In this document: positions 10,801 through 21,800 of the stretch, in pieces | Layout: each line of letters starts with the position of its first letter | Position numbering within the stretch: the stretch's first letter is position 1 | From: a virus | Lineage: Duplodnaviria; Caudoviricetes | Virus record (IMG/VR): IMGVR_UViG_3300035212_000241 | Coordinates: 1-63,594 of that record | Strand: one strand, 5' to 3' | DNA length: 63,594 nucleotides | Made by a program: the position numbers and the translations under genes | Notes under the pieces: generated by a model | Told to the model about the DNA's origin: nothing | The model's input: only the letters and a program-made list of their open reading frames with translations | Database searches by the model: none

Positions 10801-12541
10801 CTTTAACTGCTTCTCCTTTGGCAATGGTGCTGAGAGCTACAAGATTAGAGACTCACTAGTGGGCAGAGACTTCAATCTAGGTAACCGTGTTACCACAGTA
10901 GCAGCGCAAGACTACAAAGAGTCAAGACGCTTTGCTGACATCACATACTCAGGTGTGTACAACCCTGAGACCAATGTAAATAAGCTCAATGAGTTCAACT
11001 ATGCCCTACTAAACTATAAGAACCTTGAGCTGTCATTTGGCGCTGTCTATATCTTAGATGGGCGTGAGACTGATGTATTGGTACTACAGGAGGACAGAGT
11101 TTCTTATGTCCTTGCCGGCAAGAACCTACTATCTGATGCCGCAGCAGGCGGTGCCATCACGTCAGTACCTGAGGTGCTTGGAACGCAGATAGCGAGAACA
11201 GAGAAGTATGGCATCAGCTTCAATCCTGAGAGCTACATCCAGTGGGGCTATGACCGATTCTTTACAGATGCTAAGCGTGGTGCTGTCCTACAGCTCAAAG
11301 GCAACTCATACTCAAATGAGCAGATAGTTGTCATCTCGGAGCAGAATATGCGCACATGGTTTAGAGATGAGTTCATCGAGACGTTCAACACACAGAAGCT
11401 CGGAGGCTTTGACCCATATATGAATGAGTATGTCCTGACAATGAACGACCGCAAGCTACCTCAGAAGATTGAGTGCAGTAAGTGTGGCATCACTCAGACG
11501 TTCACATTTGCGCAAGGCGCAGAGGTTAAGACAATAACTGACTACTGCGTAAATCTTGGCCTAGCAATAGGCGATGTAGTAGTGGAATGGAATGTAGTGA
11601 GCATTGACCCTGGAGCAGGCTTTGATGTTATCGCTACTTATGATGGAACGCCATATCCATCAGGCTCACAGACAAGTGCTGGCTCATTGTCATTCTTTAA
11701 GAATACACAGTCACCAAATAATGTTGACATATCTCTTGTAGTAAATGGTAATGCTGTCATCTCAATGACGGTAAAATGCCCTGAGGAGGAGCTAATGACA
11801 TTGATTGAGGTGGTATGGACAAACAATAGTGACGCAGGGCTTGCAACACTCAAGCAGTTTAACTATGTCAATGGTACATACACCTCACCACTACAGTCTA
11901 ACTTCTTCATCTTTGCGTCAGGCACTGCTAACCCATTGGTGTCGTACTACTTAGTAACAAATGGCTTTGAGGGACAAGGGCCGATACCGGTAGCAGGGTC
12001 AACAATGACACTGCGAATTAACGAGACATTCCCTTGGGCGACATTTGTATTTGACCCATTATCTGACAAGTTTAGATACGCTAGGACAAGTGTGCTATAT
12101 GGCAATAATGACATTGATATGCAGGCGTTATTAGCAGCGTCAACAGTTGCTACGCCAATCACTACACCATTAGCAGGTGTTTATGCTGCTGACTTTATAG
12201 TACCACCAAGCGCAAGCGGTCAGTACCTGTACATCATTTGGGACCTAAGACAGCAGTATGGCGCACAGTTATGCTATGGTGAGACTATTGAAGAGGTGTG
12301 CTGCGAATGCATACCATGTACAGAGGAGTGTTCGTCATATATGTTCTTAAATCCGGTGGAGGCAATAGGTAATGCAACGGTAGAGTTCCCATTAGGAACT
12401 TGCTTCTCGCCTGAGACATTCACTCAAGTAATAGAGCCAGGTGAAAGCTTTAGCTTCTGCCTACAGAATATAAAAGATAATTACATAATAATGGATGGCA
12501 ATCCTGTCGTGTACATGGAGAGCTGTTATTGCGGAGGATAA
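7850..12541 (+). CDS. Tail nozzle/muzzle (Phage_stabilise-like) protein, N-terminal part with Cys-rich extension
   Basis: GRMNKTFDERVVPEGEYIDAMNVR, LYWTDDYNPPRFIN and YGISFNPES motifs; 1563 aa. Confidence 0.75.
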   Translation: MANFSRNFVAGRMNKTFDERVVPEGEYIDAMNVRMGSTEKSEAGVIENTNGNLPLTALEYTGKPLSPFARCIGAIEDSARETIYWFVHDSQFGSNTGKLDLIVSYNVVTQVIIYHVISVDNGGGVDTTLNFNEQYLITGVNLIEDLLYWTDDYNPPRFINVKTGYANPDGAGIDYNGQPDLLYETIQVIKKPPTAAPTITLVELSDQSNFLQDRFICFAYRYQYANGQYSVTSQWTEIAFFPNDFQFSPDSYLNEGMINRYNGVNVFFNTGGPLVIGIDLLFKEATANVIKVIEKYNKQDVGWLDNVTQSYLFSNSKIYTILPESELLRLYDNVPRLAKAQTIMGNRLMYGNYVDGYDLIDANGHPTNFDYSTQLVVEEIIPELIPTVTYSNGNYTINGPVTINDCVLNIDLSGVSLKQGNTLIIDATLEGVYSTNLPPITPPYGFVDISFSFVLPADYTSVYQMASSAEFQDAIGTVLNIKPIYNPIPGGDTSCDGYTMTDAVNCVVNNTFGVLQKYEGGINGPLEPIAITASPSSNVISLQFTATRYTQLFSNPSFNNNYIYYRITTAVVSVQSVNSNIKKSLHSNRDYEIGIVYMDEYLRASPANVSLFNNEHVPCRNSQYANSITVTIPPSQVAPYWAKFYKFVCKADQHRYETIYSNIFFLDPLTQETYFLLQGENARKVEEGDRFIVKADSEGPMQQCTYATVLEKESKASGFIPTVMPAPPAGVYMKIKADDFSTEVDPLAVIAPGTRSAMQTAGNTCPKLSYPMGIPDPAIPGQFIDYDVPAGSIIIFDISFIRDGYGDNPCETRRYLFKKQYVAANSYTNMYDWFINDNIAATLNDGIATVGTTTGSGGPGLIDNQFIPGITSPLSSCSLGTNYWKFYRIPSSQLLTLQMSGTLPCTGANTKKRQSKVIANIQVFRAVENIIFETEPTDTLPDVFFENELSFPIDANGNHLSNGLLGDQSQDIALGVPGIIQTGFFNCFSFGNGAESYKIRDSLVGRDFNLGNRVTTVAAQDYKESRRFADITYSGVYNPETNVNKLNEFNYALLNYKNLELSFGAVYILDGRETDVLVLQEDRVSYVLAGKNLLSDAAAGGAITSVPEVLGTQIARTEKYGISFNPESYIQWGYDRFFTDAKRGAVLQLKGNSYSNEQIVVISEQNMRTWFRDEFIETFNTQKLGGFDPYMNEYVLTMNDRKLPQKIECSKCGITQTFTFAQGAEVKTITDYCVNLGLAIGDVVVEWNVVSIDPGAGFDVIATYDGTPYPSGSQTSAGSLSFFKNTQSPNNVDISLVVNGNAVISMTVKCPEEELMTLIEVVWTNNSDAGLATLKQFNYVNGTYTSPLQSNFFIFASGTANPLVSYYLVTNGFEGQGPIPVAGSTMTLRINETFPWATFVFDPLSDKFRYARTSVLYGNNDIDMQALLAASTVATPITTPLAGVYAADFIVPPSASGQYLYIIWDLRQQYGAQLCYGETIEEVCCECIPCTEECSSYMFLNPVEAIGNATVEFPLGTCFSPETFTQVIEPGESFSFCLQNIKDNYIIMDGNPVVYMESCYCGG

Positions 12542-12544
12542 ACT

Positions 12545-13477
12545 ATGCCAACTCAACAGACATTTTTCTTAAACGGACCAACACTGTCATCTGCTACCAC
12601 AGTATTCTTGGATAGCGGTATGACCACCTGCGCACCTGATGGGTACTACTCAGACGGCACAGTGGCAAGACAACAATTCGGATGCGTACTACTACCGGCA
12701 GAGGCTTGCCCTACCTGCGGAACTGAATGTAAGGGAGCAGTAGAGGCTCCATCGCTACAAGGGATTTACACCATCACATTTGACGCTGGGGATACACCAG
12801 CGTCAGTAGGGGCTGTTATAATCACCATAGCTGTCAATAGCACGGTTAATGGCATAAAGGTTGACTATGACTCAATGAGCTATAATCAACTAAGCTCTCA
12901 AGCCTTCGGGCTACTTGCAGGTACACCAAGTACGGCATACACATACATAGGTGATATACCTAATGACTGTATTGTCGTTGGTACTCCTGTAACACTTAAC
13001 CTGTATGCTTGGGACGAGACTACCTATATCCCTGTTGGAACATCTAGCGTCACGGTATCTGCCGGTGAGATACAGTTGACAGCAGGCAACCCTGACCTAT
13101 GCGTAATGGTGATACCAAAGACAAATGCTGCCGAGCAATATGTCAACGTGACAATCGTAGGGATATGCCCTGACTCTGAGGCTATAGTTGGTATATCATG
13201 CCCACTGAAGCTTCCGGCATTCTTAGGCACTGTTGGTGTAGCTGAGGTGTTTCCTGAGTGGTTCTGCAACTTCCCCTATAATGTCACCTACTATGTCGTG
13301 CCGGTCAATGGTGATGGCATAACACTTGGTCTGTATGACTGGGTGTTCAGTGACATCAACGGAGCGAATGTGCTACCTGATGGCTACTACCGAGCATTAA
13401 ACGTACCGGCACCATACGACACCTTTGAGGTGCAGGACGGTATCATCATAGCATTCCATTCATATTGCGCAGCGTAA
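12545..13477 (+). CDS. Cys-rich beta-strand virion protein
   Basis: 310 aa with APDGYYSDG/LPDGYYR repeats, lying between the two nozzle parts. Confidence 0.5.
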   Translation: MPTQQTFFLNGPTLSSATTVFLDSGMTTCAPDGYYSDGTVARQQFGCVLLPAEACPTCGTECKGAVEAPSLQGIYTITFDAGDTPASVGAVIITIAVNSTVNGIKVDYDSMSYNQLSSQAFGLLAGTPSTAYTYIGDIPNDCIVVGTPVTLNLYAWDETTYIPVGTSSVTVSAGEIQLTAGNPDLCVMVIPKTNAAEQYVNVTIVGICPDSEAIVGISCPLKLPAFLGTVGVAEVFPEWFCNFPYNVTYYVVPVNGDGITLGLYDWVFSDINGANVLPDGYYRALNVPAPYDTFEVQDGIIIAFHSYCAA

Positions 13478-13488
13478 AACAATAAATA

Positions 13489-14319
13489 ATGCCAGCAACA
13501 AACGGTGAGTTTAAGACACTAACATATAGCGAGGGGGTAGCAGGATGGCCTTCATTCTACTCCTATAATCCTGACTGGATGATAGGGATGAACCAATACT
13601 TCTATACCTTTAAAGGTGGCAACCTATACAGGCATAATGTCAACTCTTTGAAGAATACGTTCTATAATCAGTGGTGGGTATTAGTAGGAGACCCTAATAG
13701 CGCATTTACGCCAACAAAGATGCACAGCGTATTCAATACAGCACCGCTTGAGAATAAGCTCTTCAAGACGCTAAACCTTGAGGGTGACGCAGCATGGGAC
13801 GCTGAGCTATTGACAGATATACAGCAGAGCGGATTTATTGACGATAAATGGTTCGAGAAGAAGGAACAGTCGTTTTTCGCCTTTGTCAGAAACAACAGCA
13901 CTGGTGAGATTGCTATTCGAAGTACTAATGGTATAGGAGCTAGCTACCAGGTAAACTTGGCAGGTGACACCATTGACTTCTCAATAACACCACTTGTTGA
14001 CCTTGGCACAATAATGAGCATAGGCGACTATCTGTACTTTATGATACCACCATATCCATCGACATATTTACTAGCCGGAGAGATAACGCAAATCAACAGG
14101 AACTACAAGCTCGGCATAAACCAAATAGTGATAGATATTACAATCCCAGGGACTACGCCAATACCGATTCAAAACGCTTATTTCCTATATACAAAGAACT
14201 CAGTAGCTGAGTCGCATGGGGTGCTTGGGCACTATTGTGAGTTTATCCTTACAAATAGTTCAACGAGTAAGATAGAATTATTTGCTGTAGAATCTGAAGT
14301 TATGAAAAGTTTTCCCTAA
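13489..14319 (+). CDS. Nozzle/stabilisation protein C-terminal part
   Basis: TLTYSE...GWPSFYSYNPDWM...YTFKGGNLYRHN, KLFKTLNLEG and GHYCEF...KIELFAV motifs normally end such proteins. Confidence 0.65.
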   Translation: MPATNGEFKTLTYSEGVAGWPSFYSYNPDWMIGMNQYFYTFKGGNLYRHNVNSLKNTFYNQWWVLVGDPNSAFTPTKMHSVFNTAPLENKLFKTLNLEGDAAWDAELLTDIQQSGFIDDKWFEKKEQSFFAFVRNNSTGEIAIRSTNGIGASYQVNLAGDTIDFSITPLVDLGTIMSIGDYLYFMIPPYPSTYLLAGEITQINRNYKLGINQIVIDITIPGTTPIPIQNAYFLYTKNSVAESHGVLGHYCEFILTNSSTSKIELFAVESEVMKSFP

Positions 14320-14327
14320 TTTTGTGA

Positions 14328-14735
14328 ATGCTTAATATAAGACCATTGACATATGAGGACTATGACGACACCCTAAAGGAGTGGTGGGCAGATTGGGGAT
14401 GGACAGCTCCGACAAGAGATTTCCTACCTGATGATGGTGAAGGTGGCTTAATGGTATTAGATGGGGACGTGCCGGTATGTGCAGGGTATATGTACGCAAC
14501 AAACTCAAGAGTGGCATGGGTTGACTGGATAATCTCAAACAAAGAGTATCGAAAAAAGCCACAGAGGAGCGAAGCAATAAGTATGCTGATAGCGACACTG
14601 ACCGAGATAAGCAAAAACACAGGATTTAAATATTGTTACGCATTGATTAAACACCAAAGTCTTATTGAGACATACAAAGAGCTAGGCTATACCAAAGGCG
14701 ATGAGTATGTCGGTGAGATGATAAAAATTATATAA
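14328..14735 (+). CDS. GNAT-fold protein (T7 gp13-like position)
   Basis: 135 aa; IRPL...VCAGY...WIISN...YKELGY pattern; between nozzle and ejection proteins; TAATTTTG box at 14317. Confidence 0.6.
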   Translation: MLNIRPLTYEDYDDTLKEWWADWGWTAPTRDFLPDDGEGGLMVLDGDVPVCAGYMYATNSRVAWVDWIISNKEYRKKPQRSEAISMLIATLTEISKNTGFKYCYALIKHQSLIETYKELGYTKGDEYVGEMIKII

Positions 14736-14737
14736 CT

Positions 14738-15649
14738 ATGGCAGCAGTAACAGGAGCAGCAATAGGGCTAGCAACGACAGGGATATCAACAGCCATGTCA
14801 TTCACGCAGGCCGCCAAACAACAACAGCTTTACAGACAAGCAAATGCCAAAGCCGAGCAAGCTATGCAAGAGGCTAGAAAGAAGCTTGAGGTGAACTATA
14901 TGGACCAGCTCAGCATCATGAAAGAGCCTTATGAGCTACAAAGACAAGCAATGCTTGTACAAGGCGCACAGTCATTAGAGGCAGCCAGAGAGGCTGACAG
15001 AGGTGCCGCTGCAACAGCAGGCAGGCTACAGGCTATGCAGAACGAGCAACAGCAAGGTATCAGAACAGCAATGGGTCAAGAGCTTATGGCCCTTGAGAAA
15101 TTGTCAGCTGACGAGGAGTCAAGGCTTAGAGACGTAAACGTGCAGCTTGACTTAGGTGAGGTGCAGGGCGCACAACTTGCAGCAGCTGACGCCCAAGAGG
15201 CAAGAGCAGCTGCAATGACTCAAGGCTTTCAGGGCATGGCAGGAATGGCAGGATATGCTGCTGAGATGGTGCCATTATATATGCAGACTAAAGCTAGCAA
15301 GGAATTCGGGGCACAACAAGCTGAGTATAGCAAGAGAGCTGCTGCTGGACAGTTGGGTGCTGAGTATATGATTGACGGTAAGCCAATGACCTATCAGCAG
15401 GCTATACAGAAAAAGTTTGGACTAGATGTAGGAAAGATGAAGCAGGCAGATTTTGAGTCATATATGACAGGCAAGGGTAGGAAATATGTCAAGCAATATG
15501 ACTTGTTTGGATCCACACCTGTTACCCAAACGCAAACTTCACAGCAAAGCATAAATCCTTTTGTCCCATTTTCTCAGATTCAAACTTATCCTGGGTCTGG
15601 TGTTTTGCTAGCACCAACATTTAATTATGGTAAATACGATAATGAATAA
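14738..15649 (+). CDS. Internal virion/ejection protein (gp14-like)
   Basis: A/G-rich hydrophobic N-terminus and A/Q coiled coil. Confidence 0.6.
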   Translation: MAAVTGAAIGLATTGISTAMSFTQAAKQQQLYRQANAKAEQAMQEARKKLEVNYMDQLSIMKEPYELQRQAMLVQGAQSLEAAREADRGAAATAGRLQAMQNEQQQGIRTAMGQELMALEKLSADEESRLRDVNVQLDLGEVQGAQLAAADAQEARAAAMTQGFQGMAGMAGYAAEMVPLYMQTKASKEFGAQQAEYSKRAAAGQLGAEYMIDGKPMTYQQAIQKKFGLDVGKMKQADFESYMTGKGRKYVKQYDLFGSTPVTQTQTSQQSINPFVPFSQIQTYPGSGVLLAPTFNYGKYDNE

Positions 15650-17112
15650 TGGACGAAGAGCTTATCGACTATCTATTTGAGACTTCAAGAAAGGAAGGAT
15701 TTAAAAAGAACAGAGAAGATTTTGTAAAATATCTTCAATCTGATGATGAGCTATTTGACTACTTATATGGTAAAGCGCAAAAAGAAGGATACAAAAAGGA
15801 CAAGTCTCACTTTGCAGGATTAGTTGGCAGAACATCGACAGCTGCTCCTGTAGCTACTACTGAGCCTGCTAAGACCGAGGTTGCAACTACTACACCTGTT
15901 GCTGAAACGAAGCCAACAGTTACTCCTGAGCCTGAGAAGATGCAGGTGAGAAGCGTAGAGCCTACACCTACTAAGGAGGAGCCAATGACTGCCGAGAAGA
16001 AAGAGATTGTTAAAAGTGACATTGAGAGCCAACTCCTTCCTGTTACTAAGAAGACTGAGGTGAAAGCTATCGAGACACCAAGTGACAAGATGGTCATCAA
16101 GTCAGAGACGAAAGCGGAGGCGAAGCCAACAGAGGTAGCAAAGATGGAAGTGAAGGAGATGAAGTCTGAGCAGCCTAAGATGAAAGTAAAAGGTAAGCTC
16201 AAGCCGGAGCCAATAAAGATAGAGACGATAAAAGTGGAGAGCGAGAAAGGTCCGACAACGGTAGAGGTGCCTAGTTTTGCTGTTCCTGAGCCAAGAAAGA
16301 AATATAAGCCTTATGGAGAAAAAGGTCCTGACGTGTACTACTCTGAAGAGTATGACCAATATATCATTAAGGAGGGAGACAACAGAACAGTAGCTAAAAA
16401 AGGCTCAGGCAAGTACGAAGAGATTGACAAAAAGATTGGTGAAACAGTAAAAAGCGTAAAAGAAGGAGAAGGTAAATGTGACCCAGAAAAAGGTGGGTCT
16501 TGCTCTGTAAATAACTTAGCGCTAGATAATTATTTGTATTATAATAAAGACGAGTCCGTAAATGGATTCAGAACAGCTTATGAATCATCTTTAATAGAAG
16601 AATTAGATAATAGAAAAAAGACCTTTGAAAAAAGAGGAGAGTCTTTATGGAGAATATATAACGATCAATACGAAAATAGTAATAGTAAAACTGACGGAAA
16701 TCTTTTATATGGAGGGGAAGGACCTCCAAAGTCTGATAGATTTATAACATATAAACCTTTTGGGAATGACAAGACTTTAATATATGACAAAGAATCAGGG
16801 ATTATATTTAAGCAATTAGATGACAAAGCTCCGATAGTTGATCTTAGTGGGACTAATCCAGTATATGACGAACAAGGAAATGTGGTAAGAGAGGGTAAAA
16901 ATAAAAAGAAGGTTTATCAAGATTATAAGAATAAAAACCAAAATGAGGGATTAAATGTTTGGCAAGGTTACGAGCTAGACCATCCTGAATACAAAGAACT
17001 GAAGTCAATAATAGAAGGTATAAATTATAAGAAAGAGAAGGGGGCGAAGAATACTTATGTAGCTCCTACTATAAGCACAGGAGTACCTGAATCTGAATGG
17101 CAAAAAAAATAA
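15649..17112 (+). CDS. Putative ejected protein with T/E/K/P linker
   Basis: 487 aa; N-terminal 60 aa resemble the N-terminus of the 3463-aa protein; AT-rich C-terminal domain. Confidence 0.5.
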   Translation: MDEELIDYLFETSRKEGFKKNREDFVKYLQSDDELFDYLYGKAQKEGYKKDKSHFAGLVGRTSTAAPVATTEPAKTEVATTTPVAETKPTVTPEPEKMQVRSVEPTPTKEEPMTAEKKEIVKSDIESQLLPVTKKTEVKAIETPSDKMVIKSETKAEAKPTEVAKMEVKEMKSEQPKMKVKGKLKPEPIKIETIKVESEKGPTTVEVPSFAVPEPRKKYKPYGEKGPDVYYSEEYDQYIIKEGDNRTVAKKGSGKYEEIDKKIGETVKSVKEGEGKCDPEKGGSCSVNNLALDNYLYYNKDESVNGFRTAYESSLIEELDNRKKTFEKRGESLWRIYNDQYENSNSKTDGNLLYGGEGPPKSDRFITYKPFGNDKTLIYDKESGIIFKQLDDKAPIVDLSGTNPVYDEQGNVVREGKNKKKVYQDYKNKNQNEGLNVWQGYELDHPEYKELKSIIEGINYKKEKGAKNTYVAPTISTGVPESEWQKK

Positions 17113-17123
17113 AATAAAAGCAT

Positions 17124-18866
17124 ATGGCTACATATTTTGGTTACGTTGAAAGGGAAGCTGACAGTTATATAAACTGGGCTGATGTCGGCAGGAATATGTC
17201 TGCCACAATTGACAATATTCAAAGAGTAAGAGACGAAAAGAAAGCCCTCATCGAGAAAGCTTATCGCGAGGACCTTGACTATATTCAAGCAATACCATCA
17301 GGCGAGCATAAGACACTCCGTGATTGGAGCATAGGCTTTGGCAATGATGCTGCCGAGAACCTAAAGCTCAAGTATAATATGCTCAAGCAAGGCAAGTCAT
17401 CAGTAAGGGACTTCACCTCATTCCGTGAAAATATCACCAATGATACTGAGAGCTTATACACAACCATAAACAACATACAGACTGTCTATAAGGAAAAGAT
17501 GGACAGATTTAAAAATGACGAGAATATGGATTTAGAGCTTCTCGACATGGCACAGCTTGAGAGGTTTGGCAATCTATCAGATACTCAGTCATTTATAAAT
17601 GGACTAACAGGGGCAGTTGGTATTGGATTAACTGAAGAGACAACTGTAGATGGCAAGAAAGTAAGGTCGTTAAAAAAAGGTGACGATGCTTATCTTACAG
17701 TGCAACAGCTTGTTGCTGCTGTAAATAGAAAATATGACAACTATGATGTTATACCGGATATAGCTAAATGGGTTGAGGGATTTGGTGAAAAGATTAAATC
17801 ATTGAGACAATTTGGTTCTGAGATAAAAGCAGGGTCAATCATTGAGGTAATGGACATAACCAATGATGAGTTAATGAAACAAGCAACAGCTCTTGGATAT
17901 ACAGAAGACCAAATAGCCCAAATACAAAAGAGTATTGATGACTTTAAAAAGGCAGAGGATTTATATTTAAAAGGATTGATGGTTGATAACCCATACCATA
18001 CACTTGCAACACTAAACAAAAAACTTAACTACCAACCTACATTTAGCAAAGAAGAAGCTGACAAAGATCCTAATAAAGTTTACTGCGAAAGAGATGGCTC
18101 AGGTGCTGCTATTCCAAAGTTTACTAAGGATCAAGAGACGGCTGTATTTGACTACATGAAAGGTCAGGCAAGATTGATGTATGACGAAAAGGTAAAGCTG
18201 AATATGTACAATGAGCCAACGCCACCAAGACCTGGTACAGGAGGTAGATTTGATGAAGGAGCTAACAGATATGCAGGAGAGCAAAAGTCAAAGGCAGAAG
18301 TAGCTGATAAGATATTAAATTTAAAAGTAGGTGATGAAAGTGAAAAAGAATCCTCTATCAATTACATAACAGGCTTAAAAGGAGTAAACCAAAATAAAAC
18401 AAAGTATGACCCATTGACTGGTACTTTGGAAGTTTATTCATCTGATCCAGATAAACCAGCGCCTTTTGTGTATCAATTTGAAGATTTATATGATAAAAAC
18501 AATAAATTGATAAGAAAGAAAACTAATATGTCTAATGAAGATTTTGTTTTCCAATTATTAAGTATTGCTTATCCTGACTTAGAAGAAGAGTATTCAGATT
18601 ACTTATCTACAGTTAATAAAGAAAAACAAGAAAATCCAAATATACCAACAAGCAAAGATATAAGGGATGTAGAAAAAAAGATAGCAGAATTAAAAAAGAA
18701 AAATGATGAGACGATTCCACAAGGGATGTATGATTATGATATAGAAGCAGAAGAAGATAGGTTAGAAAAGTTAAGAGAAAAACAAGCAGCTCAAGTTAAA
18801 AGACAAGGGCAAGGCGGTACACAAGGCGGTCTTAATGCTACTCAAAAGAAAAAAGATAAAAAATAA
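17124..18866 (+). CDS. Internal virion/ejection protein (gp15-like)
   Basis: 580 aa helical protein before the giant protein. Confidence 0.55.
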   Translation: MATYFGYVEREADSYINWADVGRNMSATIDNIQRVRDEKKALIEKAYREDLDYIQAIPSGEHKTLRDWSIGFGNDAAENLKLKYNMLKQGKSSVRDFTSFRENITNDTESLYTTINNIQTVYKEKMDRFKNDENMDLELLDMAQLERFGNLSDTQSFINGLTGAVGIGLTEETTVDGKKVRSLKKGDDAYLTVQQLVAAVNRKYDNYDVIPDIAKWVEGFGEKIKSLRQFGSEIKAGSIIEVMDITNDELMKQATALGYTEDQIAQIQKSIDDFKKAEDLYLKGLMVDNPYHTLATLNKKLNYQPTFSKEEADKDPNKVYCERDGSGAAIPKFTKDQETAVFDYMKGQARLMYDEKVKLNMYNEPTPPRPGTGGRFDEGANRYAGEQKSKAEVADKILNLKVGDESEKESSINYITGLKGVNQNKTKYDPLTGTLEVYSSDPDKPAPFVYQFEDLYDKNNKLIRKKTNMSNEDFVFQLLSIAYPDLEEEYSDYLSTVNKEKQENPNIPTSKDIRDVEKKIAELKKKNDETIPQGMYDYDIEAEEDRLEKLREKQAAQVKRQGQGGTQGGLNATQKKKDKK

Positions 18867-18869
18867 ATT

Positions 18870-21800
18870 ATGGACGAACAATATATCTTAGACCTATTTA
18901 ATCAATTAGGCGGAGAGTCAAAATTTGGAAAATTTGATGACTTTAAAGAATTGATTACAACTGATAATTCTTATCAGCAAGATTTTTATAATGCTTTTGG
19001 TGCTAATACATTAGGTGAATTTAATGATTTCAAGTCATTAGTATCCGCTACTCAACAGCCCGAGCAACAACCTGTCGTGCAGCCTACTGTTAAAAAAAAA
19101 GACGATATGGATTCGGATTGGTTATTCGGGGATGGTTCATCGGAATCGGAGCCTTCGAAGACTGAGTCAGAGGCTGGCCTATTTGGTAGATTAGCACAAA
19201 AGGCATTTAGCACAAAGCAGCCGCAGCAGGAGCAAGTTGAACCAATAAAAAGGCCTGAAACCGTAGAAGAGGCATCAGGAACATGGGGGAACAGGGCAAA
19301 GAAAGAACAGCCGTTTTCTGAGCCGTTGTCTGACTATATGCAGGTATATGGTCCAAAAAAAGGAGAAGGAGTACTTGCTCCTACAAAGCCACTTGACTTT
19401 GTGGGTAGGATGACTCCTGAGTTAGTGAAAGAGCGAACACCTAAGTTCCTCGAAGATGGATTAAATGCTTTGACACCAAAGCAATTGGCATCATATGGAG
19501 CTAAAGGAGCGAAGGAAACATTTGACTACTATTTCAAGGATGCAGGATTTAAATTTGAGACCGATAGAGAATATGTAAGGGCCATATCGCCTGATGGTAA
19601 AGTATATACATACAACACAATTCTTCCTTCAAGAGAATCGCTTGACGAGTTTAAAAACTTTGTCAGAGAAAGTGCATTTAATAATCCTGAGATAGCTGAC
19701 AAGGCATACCTCTACGAGAAGGAGAATAAGAAATTCAAAACCAAGGAAGAGATTAACAACGAGGTAAAAACCATCAATGCTCAAGAAGAGGGATTTATGG
19801 GTGACTATAAAAAATTCCTCAACCTTCAAAGGGATATTAACGAGATAGAGGCTGACTTAAAAAGATTTAGAGATTCTGGTGAGCAGAATACACCAAAGTA
19901 TATTCAGACTGAGGCATACTTAAATGAGAGAAAGAAAGAACTTCAGGATTATGCCGGTACAATGGACAGTAAGCTAGTTGACTTGAAAGCCCAACGAACT
20001 CAGCTCGACAAAGCTGTTGGTAAGTACACTGAGTTCCAGGCTACCCAAGGTGACTTTGGTGGTAATATATACAGGACAATTGCTAATACTACATCAGGTA
20101 TATTCTCTAATTATTTGCGATTGGCTGTAACCAAAAGCGTTGACTTTATGCCCTTGAGTAGCGTCATGGGGGAAGAAGCTTACCAAGCCGCGCTAGACAA
20201 AAAGCTAAAAGAAAAAGGATATGAAGGTAATGTAGTACCTATAGATGTATTAAAAGAAGCAAAGGCAGAAATAGAGGCAGAAATTGGATCTAAAGCAAGA
20301 GATGATTTCAAAAAGGCAGCAATAACAGGTAAATATCAAGGGGAACAACTTAATAATGTACTTACGGTAAATGGTGTCAGAGAGTCGTTATCAGAGTTTA
20401 TGAATAAACCAATAACAAGCACTAAAGAATATTTACAAGAAAGACAAGAAAAAGGCAGTTTCATTGAAAGAGGACTATTGGGTTTTGCTGGATCATTACC
20501 TGCTATGGTAGGAGGTCCAGCATTGAGGTATATGAATATGTTCATGATGACAACCGATGGTGCCTTGCAAGAGATGGACAATAACCCTAACTTTGCAGAC
20601 GTAAGCGAGAATGAGAAGGAACTAGTAGCGTTACCAATTGGTGTCGTAGGCGCTGTATTGGAAGAGTTTGGTTTGAAAAATCTAAAGCTAGGTAAATCAA
20701 TTACGTCAAGTATATTAAAAACAGTACTTGGCAGAGTACCAGCAAATGCTACAGCATCAACCATAAGGAAGACTACATTTGATGTATTGGCAGAGAGGGG
20801 AATAAGGGCAGGTACTGCTTATGCAGGTGGTATTCTTTCAGAGATGGAGACAGGTCTTTTACAGCAAGCAAACGATTATGCTGTAAAGGATATCTATAGT
20901 GCTATGAGAGGAAAGAAGATGTTTGATAATCCTGCTTTTCTTACTGGTCAATATTTATATGATTTGTGGGATGCATCAAGGACTGAGGGAGTTGGTGCAG
21001 GTGTCATGAGTGTTCCGTATTCAATAGCAGCTGCATATCAAAAAGATGGCTTTCAAGCATTGGACGATGCGACATTTAAAATATTTGAGGACTTAGCCAA
21101 GGACAATGACAGCAGAAAGTTCTTTGTCACAAGTCTAAAGAATAAAATAAATCTTGGTGAGGTTACGCCTACGCAAGGTAAGCAGATGCTTGAGGCATAT
21201 GACCAAGCGTCCGGTATGATAGGCATGGTCCCTGATGAGATTACTGACCCTGAGAGCAGGAAGGTAGCGATGGACTTAATGAGCGAAAGAATAAGACTTG
21301 AGAAGCAGAAATACGGTAAAGATGAGGCATTGGCTAAGCCAATCCAGGATAAGATAAATCAGATTAACGAACAACTTACACAACTCACACAAGATGCCAT
21401 TCAAAAGCAAGCAGCAAGTCAAGTATCTCTACAGCCAGAAGCCGGAGCTGGCCAAGAAGTGGAGGTCGGAGGCCCCGAAGCAGGACCTCAAGCAGCTCCC
21501 AAGCAAGGTGTCCTCAGCCCCGAAGAAGAAGAAAAGTTAAGGAATAATAGAAGAGTTGATTTATTCCCTGAAGAATCTGAATTTGCAGATGTAATTGGAG
21601 GGTCAGGAAGAAATTCTTCCTTGTCAAATTACAGTGAGGTAAATGGTGTTGGTGTTGCATCATATACCAATCCTGACAATGGTCTTGTTGATGTTATCAT
21701 GTCCGGAACATCTGACAATGACTATGTCGGATATGTAAGGGTATATGAGAATGGGAAGCCAACTAATAGATGGACTTCAAAGATGTCCAATGAATCTGGC

